The notes beneath the pieces were generated by a model that ran no database searches, was not told where the DNA came from, and worked only from the letters and a program-made list of their open reading frames with translations. From an uncultured Acidobacteriota bacterium (GTDB lineage: Bacteria > Acidobacteriota > UBA6911 > RPQK01 > JAPXNP01), in assembly GCA_963777605.1 (NCBI GenBank), contig CAVZRV010000035.1, forward strand, positions 256,001-320,000: 64,000 nucleotides of DNA, written 5' to 3'. Below, piece by piece: positions 38,632 through 49,147 of the stretch (the first letter of the stretch is position 1; every line of letters starts with the position of its first letter). A program made the position numbers and the translations under genes.

Positions 38632-39778
38632 CTACCGCTTCAGGAATGACTTTAGAAACAGGCTTCCGGCCGGTGAGGAGAGGATCAGTTTTGGGCTCCA
38701 CCGACAGGCTTGCGCGAGGTGTGCTCTCGCCCGGGCCGTGTGTCCCGCTCCGTAGCAGAGCTTTCCCAGAGCCAGGTGCAGTTTCGCCCAGGCCTTTCGG
38801 CCGAGTTCCGCGCTGCCCGGCAACCCTTCCAACACCACCCCGCCGAGGATACGAACCAGCGCTCGTTCGGCACGACCGGGCTCGAACGAGCCAAAGTCCC
38901 CCGCAAATCCCCGCGGCTGGGTCCCGCAGGCCAATTCGTAATAAGTGGGTTCCTCCGCCAGCAGCGTCGGGTCGGTCGTGGGCCATTTGAACGGCCGCTT
39001 CGACGGCTTTTTCGGTCTCCTGCTGTTGAAGGTAATCGATGGCGGCCCTGAGGAAGGCCTGGGCGCGGGCCCGGTTTCCAACCCGGGACGCAGCCACGCC
39101 ATTGAGGTGCTTGCCAAGAACGGCCAGGCGTGACTCCAACATCCGACGCGGATCGGTAGACATGCTGCCGGTCACCACGCGATACCTGACCAGCTTGCTC
39201 GCTGTGCCCACAACGGGAAATCTCTCCGCAATCCGCAGCCACATGTCCCAGTCTTCGCAGGACCGTAATTCCGTGTCGAACGGCCCGACTTCCTCATAGC
39301 ACGATCTTCGGACAGCCATGCAGGACGGAACAATGAAATTGCCGTTGAGCGAGTGCGCCCTGAACTCCCTGGCCGGCACAACCTTCGAGCCGCCAAAGGG
39401 GAGAGGGTGTCCGGCCTCGTCGATACAAGTGAACCCACAGTACGCGCCTCCGGCGTCTTCCTGGAGCAATCCCCGCATTTCCCTCAGGAAACCGGGTTCA
39501 TATCCATCATCGGCGTCCAGCAGCGTGACGACCTGGCCGCGAGCTTCACAAATCCCGCTATTCCGTGCCGCCGACAACCCCTGATTTTCCTGGCGCACGT
39601 AGCGCAGCCGGAGATCCTCCCGGGGGACCACCTGAGGAGTCTCATCGGTGGAACCGTCGTCAATGACCAGCACTTCGAAGTCGGGATCGGTCTGGGTCAG
39701 GACGCTCGCAACCGCTTCGGGGAGAAAGCGGGCGTGGTTGTACGTCGGAATCACCACTGAAAAGTACGGAGACGACAT
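38632..39778 (-). CDS. Glycosyltransferase family 2 (one frameshift near 38980)
   Basis: FSVVIPTYN, VIDDGSTD, NQGLSAARN, LLDADD, CEDWDMWLR. Confidence 0.83.
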
Positions 39779-39807
39779 ATCAGCAGGTCGGTTCACAACC
39801 GAAAATC

Positions 39808-39950
39808 GTGGCCCCTGAAGGGGGCCTGTTTCCAGCCCAGACATTTGCCTGGGTTCACGGCCCACCCATCAAGAATCCAGCCCTGAAAGGGCGGCACAGC
39901 TCTCCGGACGTGAAGAATCGGGAAGCGACCTTACAGGCCGCAAACGAAAT
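39808..39950. repeat. REP-like element, inverted relative to the copies at 50822-50955 and 53328-53460
   Basis: ggcccctgaagggggcctgttt...cccacccatcaagaatccagccctgaaaggg...gcgaccttacaggccgc is the reverse complement of the distal half of the long repeat. Confidence 0.8.
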
Positions 39951-40051
39951 GCAGGACCAAGACCCAGGGGAGCCCTGGGCTGAAACCAAGGCGCCAGGGC
40001 CAGTTTCACTCGTTGAATGATCGAAGTTGAATGCATTGCTGAAGGCGCGAT

Positions 40052-41320
40052 TCAATCGCTGGCTCCACGTTTCCCCTTGCCTTCCCGGCTTGAAGCCAGG
40101 ACCTTCTCGAAGATTCCCTCGAGTCGGACGGCCGTGTTCTTCCAGCTGTGCTGCTTTTCGGCGTCGATCCTTGCCTGACGCCCCAAACGCTTCCGAAGAC
40201 CCTCGTCAGAGGCCAGAAGCTCAATGGCGTCCGCCAGCGCAGCGGCGTCGCACGGCGGGACAATCCACCCTGTTCGCCCATGTTCCACGACTGCAGGCTC
40301 GCCTCCCTCGCCTGAAACGATGACAGCCAAGCCGGCGCACTTGTAATCGATCAACTTGAGCCCCGAGTACTCCACCCGGCCGCAGTACGGGGCGACGCCG
40401 AGATCGGCATCGGCCAGCAATGCCGCCAGTCGCGGCATATCCAGAGTCCCCGTGAAGGTTACCCGCCCCGAAAGTGGGGGCTGGGCAGCGAGCCGGCGCA
40501 ACTCTTCAGCCTGGCTGCCGCCTCCCGCCAGCACCAGTTCGACATCGAGTCCGCGGGAGAGCACCAGGGAAAGGGCCTCCAGGAGGACCTTCAGTCCGTT
40601 CCAGGGTTCGAACGCCCCGAGGTAGGCAACGCGACACCGGGCCGGACGGCCCGTCCCGTCTTGAAAGGACCTCAACCGGTCGCGCGCCAGAAGGTCGATC
40701 AACTCGCTACCGTTTTCAACCACCGACACCGACTCCCGGCCGATGCCCCAGCGCTCAACGTGACGACGACTCCAGCCGGCTCCGGCTGCAACCGCGTGCT
40801 TTGCACCCCGGGCGGCATAGCCGGTCAATCGCAGGGAAATCAGCCGCTGGAGACCCCTTGGGGCGACTCCGAGCATCTCCATCTCGGAGAGGTGGTCGCC
40901 ATTGACTTCGACGACGAGCGGAATCCCCATCGCCCGGGAGGCCAGCGCCCCACCATAGCCCATCCAGCCAAACCGCTCATAGAGCAGGTCGCAACCCTCG
41001 AGTTGTCGAACGACGGCCCGCGAGAACCGAAGGCTGTCGAACAATGCAAAAAACGGCAATGACAGGCTGCCCTGGATCCGCCGGACGAATCGTTCGAACA
41101 ACCTGAGGGCGCCCCGATCCAGGTAGTCGACTTGAACCGGGATGAATTCCTCCAGATCGTCCGATCTCCAGATCCGGCCGTCCAGCACGGCGAGAAGGCG
41201 GACCTGGTGGCCGAGGGCAGACAGTTCACGAACCACGTGAACAACGTGCTTTCCCGGGCCGGAAGATACCGGCGGGCGAACCTCAGGTACCCCCGCCTGA
41301 AGGAGATAGCCGATCTGCAT
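40052..41320 (-). CDS. Glycosyltransferase family 4
   Basis: GIPLVVEVNG, YLGAFEPWNG, SGLKLIDY, GWIVPPCD. Confidence 0.85.
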   Translation of the reverse strand: MQIGYLLQAGVPEVRPPVSSGPGKHVVHVVRELSALGHQVRLLAVLDGRIWRSDDLEEFIPVQVDYLDRGALRLFERFVRRIQGSLSLPFFALFDSLRFSRAVVRQLEGCDLLYERFGWMGYGGALASRAMGIPLVVEVNGDHLSEMEMLGVAPRGLQRLISLRLTGYAARGAKHAVAAGAGWSRRHVERWGIGRESVSVVENGSELIDLLARDRLRSFQDGTGRPARCRVAYLGAFEPWNGLKVLLEALSLVLSRGLDVELVLAGGGSQAEELRRLAAQPPLSGRVTFTGTLDMPRLAALLADADLGVAPYCGRVEYSGLKLIDYKCAGLAVIVSGEGGEPAVVEHGRTGWIVPPCDAAALADAIELLASDEGLRKRLGRQARIDAEKQHSWKNTAVRLEGIFEKVLASSREGKGKRGASD

Positions 41321-41326
41321 CCCGGT

Positions 41327-42238
41327 CTACCGAAAAGACGAAACCGTTCGGTCGAGGCCTTCTTCGAGGGAGATTTCCACCTTCCAGGCCAGTTCCCGGT
41401 TTGCCTTCTCGGCGTTGAGGAAAATCCGGCTCACTTCCCCCTTTTTGGCGGGCCCATGAACCGCTTCCTGGTCGAACCTGGTCAGGCGGGCCAAACCGTC
41501 GAAGATCTGGTTGACCGAGGTGCCGACGCCGCTGCCGATGTTGAAAATCCCGCCTCCGCCACGTTCCAAAGCGAGGACGTTGGCCCGGGCGACATCGCGG
41601 ACGAAGACAAAGTCCCGCTCCTGCTTCCCGGAACCGTTGATAACCGGCTGAACTCCCGCCAGCATCTGGCCAGTGAAAATGGCTACGACACCGGCTTCAC
41701 CGTGGGGATCCTGCCGGGGCCCGTAAACGTTCGGATAACGGAGCACCGTGTAGTCGAGGTCGTAGTTGAGTCCGTAAAGTTCGAGATAGTGTTCCACGTG
41801 GTGCTTGCTGGCCCCGTAGGGGTCGAGGGGGTGGACCGGATGGTCCTCCGAGACCGGCACCATCTGTGGTTCTCCGTAGACCGCGCCCCCGGTCGAGGCG
41901 TAGATGACCTTCCGCACCCCGTGCTTGCGGCAACACTCGAGCAGGTTGACCGAACCGACCACGTTGACGTCGGCGTAGAGGACCGGCTTTTCCAGTGACT
42001 CCCGAACGTTCGCCCGGGCCGCCTGGTGGCTGACCACTTCGGGGTGTTCGAGATGAAAGACTTCCTCCAGGGCAGCATCCCGGATGTCCACCTGGTGGAA
42101 ACTGACTCCGCCAGGAATGTGGTGCCGCTTTCCCGAGGAAAGGTCGTCCACGACGGCCACCTGGTGGCCTTCTGCGAGCATTGCTTCAACAATGTGAGAG
42201 CCGATGAATCCCGCTCCCCCGGTTACCAGAATCTTCAT
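41327..42238 (-). CDS. UDP-glucose 4-epimerase-like SDR
   Basis: MKILVTGGAGFIGSH, YGASK, LRYPNVYGPRQDPHGEAGVV. Confidence 0.88.
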   Translation of the reverse strand: MKILVTGGAGFIGSHIVEAMLAEGHQVAVVDDLSSGKRHHIPGGVSFHQVDIRDAALEEVFHLEHPEVVSHQAARANVRESLEKPVLYADVNVVGSVNLLECCRKHGVRKVIYASTGGAVYGEPQMVPVSEDHPVHPLDPYGASKHHVEHYLELYGLNYDLDYTVLRYPNVYGPRQDPHGEAGVVAIFTGQMLAGVQPVINGSGKQERDFVFVRDVARANVLALERGGGGIFNIGSGVGTSVNQIFDGLARLTRFDQEAVHGPAKKGEVSRIFLNAEKANRELAWKVEISLEEGLDRTVSSFR

Positions 42239-42260
42239 TTGTGCTCCGTCGTTTTAGTAC

Positions 42261-43778
42261 TTAGTAAGCTCCGCGGCCGCGCACGACTGCGGGTATGGTC
42301 TGGATGAAAAGGATCTGGAGGTCGAGCCAGACACTGTAGTTGCGAATGTAGTACATGTCGAGTTTGACGCGTTCCTGGTAAGAAAGGTCGGAACGTCCCG
42401 AAACCTGCCAGAGTCCGGTGATCCCGGGCTTGACCGTGAGCAGGTTGAGTTTCTGCCGCCCGTACTTGCCCGACTCTTCAGGGCTGATCATGCGGGGACC
42501 CACCAGCCCCATCTGACCCAGCAGCACGTTGAAGAGCTGGGGCATTTCGTCGAGGCTGTACTTCCTCAGCCACTGCCCGACCCGGGTGATCCGGGGATCG
42601 TCCCTCAGCTTGTGCTCCCGGTGCAGCTCTTCGACCAGTTCCGGTCGCTGTTTGAGGATTTCGTCGCCGTTGACGTGCATGGTGCGAAACTTGAAAGCAT
42701 CGAAGCTCCGTCCCGAGACGCCCAGAACGTGACGGCGGTGAAGAACCGGACCTTTTGAGTCGAGCTTGATCAAAATCGCGATGGCGACGAACAGCGGTGA
42801 GAGGAAGATCAGCGCAAGAGCCGTGATGGCGTATTCGACTGCCGTCTTGAGGTAGACCTCCTCCGGATCGAGGCGAATCTTCTTCAGGTTGACCAGCGGG
42901 ACCGATCCCAGCGTGAGGACTTGAACCTTGGTGGTCAACAGTTCGTAGAGCCCGGTCGAAAGCCGCAGGTGGACGTTGGGGAGTTCGTTGACCTCTTCGC
43001 AGAGGCGGAGAAGCTCCCGGCGGTTGAGTGCAGTGATTGAAACGACCAGGTCTTCGATCCCGTAACGGGCGATCACTTTACGGATCTCGTTGACCATCCC
43101 CAAAACCGGCTGCCCTCCAAGGACAGAGCGGTCGAATCCCTTGTCAGTAGCCACGAAGCCGGCGATTCGAAGCCCGGACTGGCGCCAGTCCGCCAGATCT
43201 TCGGCCAGGGTCAGGGCCTCCCGGTTGGTCCCCACGATCACCGAGGGCACCAGCAGGTAGCCCCTGGCCCGCAACCAGTAGACCGCTCTCCGGAGAACGA
43301 AACGGTTCAGGCTGAGGAGGAGGAAGGAGACGATCCATGCCATGAGCACGAAGAACCGGGACACCACGAAGGGAGGCACGAAGAAGGTCGCCAGCACGAC
43401 GACCATGGTCCCGATGGTGCAGGCATTGAGAATTCGTTTGTATTCCGATACCCCACCGAGAATCCGGTGCAGGTCGTAGAGGTTGAAGACGACCAGTACG
43501 AGGATGAAGAGGGGCACCAGGACCGCCGCCAGGCTGGGGTAGAACAAGGGATCGGGGACGATCTCGGGCGACAGCGACCAGTTCAGGTCGAATCGGAACC
43601 AGAATGCGATTCGAAATGCCAGGCCGAGCGCCACCGCGTCGGTGACCAGCAGGACCAGCCTGAGAATGCGCCGCTGTATCGGCAGAGCCATGGCGACCTT
43701 TTGAGGGAGAGATCGCATTCTCGCAAAGGGAAGACTATCGATTCGGACGTTCACAGGACATCCCTTTCGTAAAAGCAC
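42261..43778 (-). CDS. Priming polyprenyl-phosphate glycosylphosphotransferase (WcaJ/WbaP family)
   Basis: N-terminal transmembrane segments; KFRTM, DDPRITRVGQWLRKYSLDEMPQLFNVL, KPGITGLWQVSGRS. Confidence 0.92.
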   Translation of the reverse strand: MLLRKGCPVNVRIDSLPFARMRSLPQKVAMALPIQRRILRLVLLVTDAVALGLAFRIAFWFRFDLNWSLSPEIVPDPLFYPSLAAVLVPLFILVLVVFNLYDLHRILGGVSEYKRILNACTIGTMVVVLATFFVPPFVVSRFFVLMAWIVSFLLLSLNRFVLRRAVYWLRARGYLLVPSVIVGTNREALTLAEDLADWRQSGLRIAGFVATDKGFDRSVLGGQPVLGMVNEIRKVIARYGIEDLVVSITALNRRELLRLCEEVNELPNVHLRLSTGLYELLTTKVQVLTLGSVPLVNLKKIRLDPEEVYLKTAVEYAITALALIFLSPLFVAIAILIKLDSKGPVLHRRHVLGVSGRSFDAFKFRTMHVNGDEILKQRPELVEELHREHKLRDDPRITRVGQWLRKYSLDEMPQLFNVLLGQMGLVGPRMISPEESGKYGRQKLNLLTVKPGITGLWQVSGRSDLSYQERVKLDMYYIRNYSVWLDLQILFIQTIPAVVRGRGAY

Positions 43779-45198
43779 CCACCTTGGCGGTGGGACGGTT
43801 GATTTCAGACAGGTTCAGCCGGGGCCCGAGCAGTTCATAGGCCCGGGACATGGCGACCGCAGCGAACAGAATGGTCAGTGCATCGACCGGGACCCGGTAT
43901 CGAACCAGGGCCCAGGTCCCCAGGTGGAGAAGGGTGTAGGCACCCGCCAGACCGAGAAGCAGCACCGTTCCCTCCCGGGAACGTCCTTCATGATCTGCCA
44001 GGCTTGAGGAACCCTTCCTGTTGCCGGTGGCGGAGCAGCCATTCACGCCCCCACCCGGCAGCGCGCCGACAGGCCGGAACCTTGCCAGGCTCAGTACCAG
44101 GCCCGCGAGCATGAACGGCAGGCAGACTCCGAACGAGCCGACCCGGGAGAGGTTGCTCACCAGTCCCGAATCGGGTGTCGGCCAGAATTTGAAGTACTCC
44201 ACGGCACGGCTGGCCGACAGCACCAGGTAACGCACCGGGTCGGCGAGGACGAACCCGATCCCCCTCTGCATCAGCGCCTGGTCAAGCGCCGCCTCGCTCA
44301 GGTGACGCAGATCGTCGGGGATGAGGTCGCCGTAGCCCGGCGTTCCCGAACCCGACTCAGCACCCGGCAGGATGGGGATGAAGAAGTAGCCGTGAATCGG
44401 GTGGTTCCCCCAGAAGAAGGCAAAGCCGGCGTTCGTGTTGAGCAGAACCAGGCGATCAAAAGCCCGGTAGTTGCGGACCGTCCAGGGAACGATCATGAAC
44501 CCGATCACCAGCAGCGAAACCGCGCCTCCCCGGGCAAACCGCTTCAACCCGCCGGAGGAGATCCCGGGCTTCCAGGCAAGCTGCCACCCCAGGTAGAGCA
44601 GGACCAGGGGCACCATGAAGAGGAATACCTGTCGCAGGAGCACCGTGCACCCGAGCGCCAGGCCCAGGTGCACCCAGGAACCGACGCGGATCGAGCCGGC
44701 CGGCTTCGCCGCCATCGTGGTGGCGCGGTCGAGTGCCCAGAGAATTGCCACGAGGTAGAAGGTCTCCGTGATCAGGGAACCCGCGTAGTAAACAAAGTAG
44801 GCATACACAGCGGCGATCCCGGCCCCGATCAGCCCCACCCTTTCACCGAAAAAGCGACTCCCGAGCCGCCAGGTGAGCCAGGGCTGCAGCAGTCCGGCCA
44901 GCACCGCCTGGAGCAATCGCGCGACCAGGGGGTGAATTCCGACTGCGGCATAGACCGCTGCCAGGTACAGCACGTAGAGGAAACTCCAGTGCGCGGTCGG
45001 CTCTCCGGCCCGGGTCGCCGGCCACCAGCCGGTCCCGAAACTGAATCCGTGCCCCTCCAGAACCCGAACGGCCAGCTCGTGATAAGACACCTGGTCGTAG
45101 GTCCCCGGCAGGGGAACGACCGAGTCTCCCTGGTAGACAGCCGAAGCTACCCGGAGACAGACCGCCACGATCAGGATCACCCGCATAACTCGATTCAC
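43735..45198 (-). CDS. GT-C fold membrane glycosyltransferase (ArnT/PMT-like)
   Basis: DQVSYHELA, many transmembrane segments, LITETF, PWTVRNY, TNAGFAFFWGN, VRYRVP; GTGA overlap with the upstream stop. Confidence 0.78.
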   Translation of the reverse strand: MNRVMRVILIVAVCLRVASAVYQGDSVVPLPGTYDQVSYHELAVRVLEGHGFSFGTGWWPATRAGEPTAHWSFLYVLYLAAVYAAVGIHPLVARLLQAVLAGLLQPWLTWRLGSRFFGERVGLIGAGIAAVYAYFVYYAGSLITETFYLVAILWALDRATTMAAKPAGSIRVGSWVHLGLALGCTVLLRQVFLFMVPLVLLYLGWQLAWKPGISSGGLKRFARGGAVSLLVIGFMIVPWTVRNYRAFDRLVLLNTNAGFAFFWGNHPIHGYFFIPILPGAESGSGTPGYGDLIPDDLRHLSEAALDQALMQRGIGFVLADPVRYLVLSASRAVEYFKFWPTPDSGLVSNLSRVGSFGVCLPFMLAGLVLSLARFRPVGALPGGGVNGCSATGNRKGSSSLADHEGRSREGTVLLLGLAGAYTLLHLGTWALVRYRVPVDALTILFAAVAMSRAYELLGPRLNLSEINRPTAKVGAFTKGMSCERPNR

Positions 45199-46499
45199 GA
45201 GGCACTCCTGAACTGGCGAATAGACACAATCCTCTCCCGGGCCTCGTCGTAAACCCTTTCCAGGGTGCGCGCAGAATTTTGCCAGTCGTGACAGCGTTCG
45301 ACGTAGCGCCTGCCCGAGGTCCCCAGGTCGGCCCCCCGGGCCGGGTGTTCGAAGATGGAGCCCAGGGCAGCGGCGTACTCGTCGGGGTTGTCGGCGACCA
45401 GGCAGTCGGTCCCGACCCGGGCCTCCAGTGCCGCGACGGCCCGGCGCGCCGCCACCACGGGAGTCCCGCAACTCATCGCCTCCAGTACCTTGTTCTGGAC
45501 TCCGGCCCCGTACTTGATCGGTGCCACCGCGGCGGCGGCCTGCCAGAGATACGGCCGGATGTCCTCCACCCTTCCGGTCACGGTGATTCCGCCAGGGCAT
45601 GGTTCCGAGGAACTGGTCATATCGTTCGGGGCCGTCGCGAGACGCCGCACCTCCGACGGCGGATCCTGTCCCACCACCACGAAATGGAGGTCGGGAAACC
45701 GGCGCCGGACCCGAGGGAGAACGTCCCGGGCAAATTCCCGGACAGCAGTGACGTTGGCGTGGTAGCTCATCTTCCCGGTGAACACGACGGTCCGCGGCTG
45801 TCGCTCCGTTTCGCCGGGATGGAAGTAGCCCAGGTCCACGCCGTTACTCACCACGGTGACCCGGGCAGACCCGCCGTTTCGCTTCCGCGAACCGGGGCCA
45901 GGGTTACATGCGAGCTCCAATAGCGCCTCCCGGTCCTGTTCGGAAGTGACCACGGTGCTGGAAAACTGGCGCAGGAGCCGGGCTTCGTAGCGCCGGGTCC
46001 TGCCGGCCTCGAGCCGGGCGACCAGCCGGGCCCGACGGGTTGAGCTCAGCCGGCAGGCCTGGTCGAAGAGGTAACTGATGCAGTCAACGCTGTCCCAGAC
46101 CACGGGGATGCTGAGCCGTTCCCGAACGATCTGCCTGCGGATTTCGACCCCGAAACAGGATCCCCGGAGGTGCTCGACGTGAACCACGTCAGGACGCCTC
46201 TCTCGGATCACGGCACCGATCTTCTCTGCCAGGGCCGGACTCCAGCTGAACCGGGACTGCAGGGGACGCCCTCGCCTGGCCGCTCCCAGGCAGTTCCAGA
46301 GGCTTCGCAACCGGGGAACCCGGTCCATGACGACCCTCCCTTTGCCTGCCAGAGTTTCCAACTCCGCGAGTTGATCCGCTCCCTCTCCAATCGTGGCCAG
46401 GGTGATTTCGTGGCCGAGATCGCGAAGTGCCCGGACCAGGTGATAGGGGCGGGTCCGGACCCGGCTCGGTGCGTAGGGAACCACGAAGAGAATATTCAT
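45195..46499 (-). CDS. Glycosyltransferase family 4 (PEP-CTERM-associated sugar transferase type)
   Basis: MNILFVVPY, VVSNGVD, FTGKMSYHAN, GVQNKVLEAM. Confidence 0.83.
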   Translation of the reverse strand: MNILFVVPYAPSRVRTRPYHLVRALRDLGHEITLATIGEGADQLAELETLAGKGRVVMDRVPRLRSLWNCLGAARRGRPLQSRFSWSPALAEKIGAVIRERRPDVVHVEHLRGSCFGVEIRRQIVRERLSIPVVWDSVDCISYLFDQACRLSSTRRARLVARLEAGRTRRYEARLLRQFSSTVVTSEQDREALLELACNPGPGSRKRNGGSARVTVVSNGVDLGYFHPGETERQPRTVVFTGKMSYHANVTAVREFARDVLPRVRRRFPDLHFVVVGQDPPSEVRRLATAPNDMTSSSEPCPGGITVTGRVEDIRPYLWQAAAAVAPIKYGAGVQNKVLEAMSCGTPVVAARRAVAALEARVGTDCLVADNPDEYAAALGSIFEHPARGADLGTSGRRYVERCHDWQNSARTLERVYDEARERIVSIRQFRSAS

Positions 46500-47693
46500 T
46501 GGTAAACCTGTGCCCAGAGTCGGTAGACCTTGTGCCAGTCGTAATACTCGGCGATCGTCTCGCCGCCCTCCCCGGATCAACCGGTCGGCCAATTCGGGAT
46601 TCCTGGCCACCTCGACGACGGCTCCCGCAAGCGCCTCGTCCGTGTCTCCCAGCAGAAGATTCTCGCCTGCCCGGACCCGGAGGCCTTCCGCCCCGAGCGT
46701 GGTCGAAACCACCGGAACCCCCCAGCACCAGGCGTCCAGGATCTTCACCCGCATGCCGGCCCCCGACCGAAGCGGCACGACAAAAACCGATGTTTCGGCC
46801 AGGTACTGCTCCAGGCTGGGGGCGAACCCGACGACGTCGCAGGACCCGCCGAGCCGCTCGAGCGAGGCCGGTGGCCGCTTGCCGATCACGGTCAGCCGGG
46901 CGTCGGGGAGTTCACGGATCACTCGGGGCCAGACTTCGTCGGCGAACCAGCTGATCCCGTCCGCGTTGGGGGGCCAGTGCATCCCCCCGACGAACGTCAC
47001 CCGGAAAGGCCGGCTGGTCCGTTCAATGGGGCGATGCTCAGCGGGGTCAGTCGCGATCGGGATGACCAGGTCGGAAGGGCGCGACGAGGTCCCGTTCCCA
47101 TTTCCGCGAACCGCCCGGCAGTCCTCTCCCGAGACCCAGACAACCCGCTCGAAATCGTTGCAGACCGTCTGCTCGAAGCGGCGCAGCTTGCGGGCTTCCA
47201 GGCGGGCCAGGGCACGCGTTACCGGGTCACGACGGACGTCGGCCCAGCGCCGAGCCACCTGGAAGACGGCGTTGTGCTGGTCGAGTACCTTCAACGGCCC
47301 GTCGCCCAGACCGGCGACAAAGGGCGCCATCCAGAGTTGATCGGCATGGACCGCATCAAAGGATTGCTCCCGAGTCAGATCTGCGACGCGGCGGACCATG
47401 GCGTCAACATGGTCCCGGACGATCAGGAAAGGACGGTTGGCGACAAGGCTGGTCAACCCGTCGCGCAGGTCCCTGGCCAGGGAACGCTTCAACGGAACCG
47501 TCTCAACGTTCTCACAGATCTCCCGCAGGGCCGCAGCCACCTCGGGCGAGTCGCTCTCCCGGGCAAAGCTCAGCAGAGTCACACGGTGACCGGCTTCGGC
47601 AAGGTAGCGGAGGACGTAGTAGGCCCTCAGCTTGGGCCCGGCGTCCAGTGGAAGCGGCAGCAACTGGCTCAAAAAGAGAATTCGCAAGGACAT
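46496..47693 (-). CDS. Glycosyltransferase family 4
   Basis: MSLRILFLSQLLPLPLDAG, FVGGMHWPPN, GMRVKILDAW. The C-terminus YYDWHKVYRLWAQVYQ* is in an alternative frame with an ATGA overlap. Confidence 0.8.
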
Positions 47694-47694
47694 C

Positions 47695-48621
47695 TCAAAG
47701 AGTAGGGAGGTGCCGCAACAGGGCACCGTAGTTGAACACGATTTCGCGAAGCGCGTTTCTGCGGCCCGGGGAGAGGGGAATCAGCAGGGACGGCAATACC
47801 AGCCGCGGAAGTGCCGTTGCCGCCAGAATCAGCTTGTAAACCAGGGCCCCGGACAGCCCGTAGTGTTTCCGAAAATACCGCAGCTTGTTGCGGTAAAGCT
47901 CGAGAAACATCTTTCTCGCCACCAGCCGGGTGCTCTGCCCTCCCAGGTGAAGAACCCGCGCCTGGGGAACCCACTCGATCCCCCAGCCCGAGTCGGCAGC
48001 GCGGCGGCAAAAGTCGATCTCCTCCGAGTAGACGAAGAATCCCTCGTCGAAAGGACCGATCTCGTCGAGCAAGGTCCGGCGCACCATTATGCAGGCACCC
48101 TGGACCGTGTCCACCCGCCGCGCCCGGTCGGTCGGCCAGGACGAGACGGGGTAGCTCGACCATCGCCGCAGCCGGTCCAGGTGGAGCAGTCTCCAGAATT
48201 CGCGCCCGAGCGTCGGAAAGGGCGCGCAGGAAGCCTGGGTTTCCCCGTCCGGACCGACCAGACGGGGTCCCACCAGGCCCGTTTCCGGATGTCCGTCCAG
48301 GAAGCCGGCCAGTCCCTCCACGCTCCCGTCCAGCATCTCGGTATCGGGATTGAGAAAGAGCACGTAGTCTCCGGTCGAGCGTTCCGACCCGATGTTGCAC
48401 GCCCGGGCAAAGCCTTCGTTGGCGGCGTTCTCGACCAGGATGACCCGGTCTCCAAATGCCTGCCTGAGCAACCCAACGCTGCCGTCGGAGGACGCATTGT
48501 CCACCACGATCACTTCCACCGAACCTGAGTCGAGCTTGGCGACCTGCTGGAAGACAGACGCCACACACCCGCGCAGCAGGCCGCCAGTGTTCCAGTTAAC
48601 GATGACGACGGAGATGTTCAT
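47695..48621 (-). CDS. Glycosyltransferase family 2 (WbbL/rhamnosyltransferase-like)
   Basis: SVVIVNWN, VVDNASSDGS, LFLNPD, FDEGFFVYSEEIDFC. Confidence 0.87.
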   Translation of the reverse strand: MNISVVIVNWNTGGLLRGCVASVFQQVAKLDSGSVEVIVVDNASSDGSVGLLRQAFGDRVILVENAANEGFARACNIGSERSTGDYVLFLNPDTEMLDGSVEGLAGFLDGHPETGLVGPRLVGPDGETQASCAPFPTLGREFWRLLHLDRLRRWSSYPVSSWPTDRARRVDTVQGACIMVRRTLLDEIGPFDEGFFVYSEEIDFCRRAADSGWGIEWVPQARVLHLGGQSTRLVARKMFLELYRNKLRYFRKHYGLSGALVYKLILAATALPRLVLPSLLIPLSPGRRNALREIVFNYGALLRHLPTL

Positions 48622-48622
48622 A

Positions 48623-48712
48623 CGGGAATCGGGAATCGGGAATCGGGAATCGGGAATCGGGATTCGGGAATCGGGATTCGGGAATCGGATCGGGAATCGG
48701 GAATCGGGAATC
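48623..48712. repeat. Heptamer tandem array (CGGGAAT/CGGGATT, about 12 units)
   Basis: Read directly; abuts the ATG of the downstream GT2. Confidence 0.92.
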
Positions 48713-48714
48713 GA

Positions 48715-48993
48715 TAGGGAGCTTACCCTTTCTCAAACTCGCGGCAAGGTCTTTTCACGGCCAATCACAAATCGTAAATCGTAGATCGTAGATGTTTCTT
48801 AGCCCGGAGGGCGGCATGGAGTAGCCCAGGATGCAGCGAAGCGGAGTCCTGGGTCCCCCGGCCCGACATCAATCCCGAGTCCGCCTCGGCGGACGACATG
48901 ATCGTAATTTCAACAATCCCTTGGATCCCCCAGCACAAGCACTGCGATCGCGGCCTGTAGGGTCGCGCCGGAATCCTCCCGTCCGTGAGCGGT
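48715..48993. repeat. Long intergenic repeat, copy 1 (about 280 bp)
   Basis: Essentially identical to 50589-50866 and highly similar to 53100-53372. Confidence 0.92.
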
Positions 48994-49147
48994 AAATGCC
49001 TGTGCATAGGCGGCCCGGCGCATCACGACGGGAGCTGTCGCTTCGTGCAGTCCGGGTTCGGAGCTGCGCCGCACCCAGGCAAATGCCTGGGCTGTTCAAA
49101 CGGATTCAAAGGCTCCGGCCCCCTCCCGGGGCCGGCCCGGCGCCGAA

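Noticed and set aside
45195-47726. 843-aa double glycosyltransferase fusion
   Set aside because: One indel near 46560 explains it; the alternative frame gives a normal GT4 end with an ATGA overlap into MNILFVVPY.
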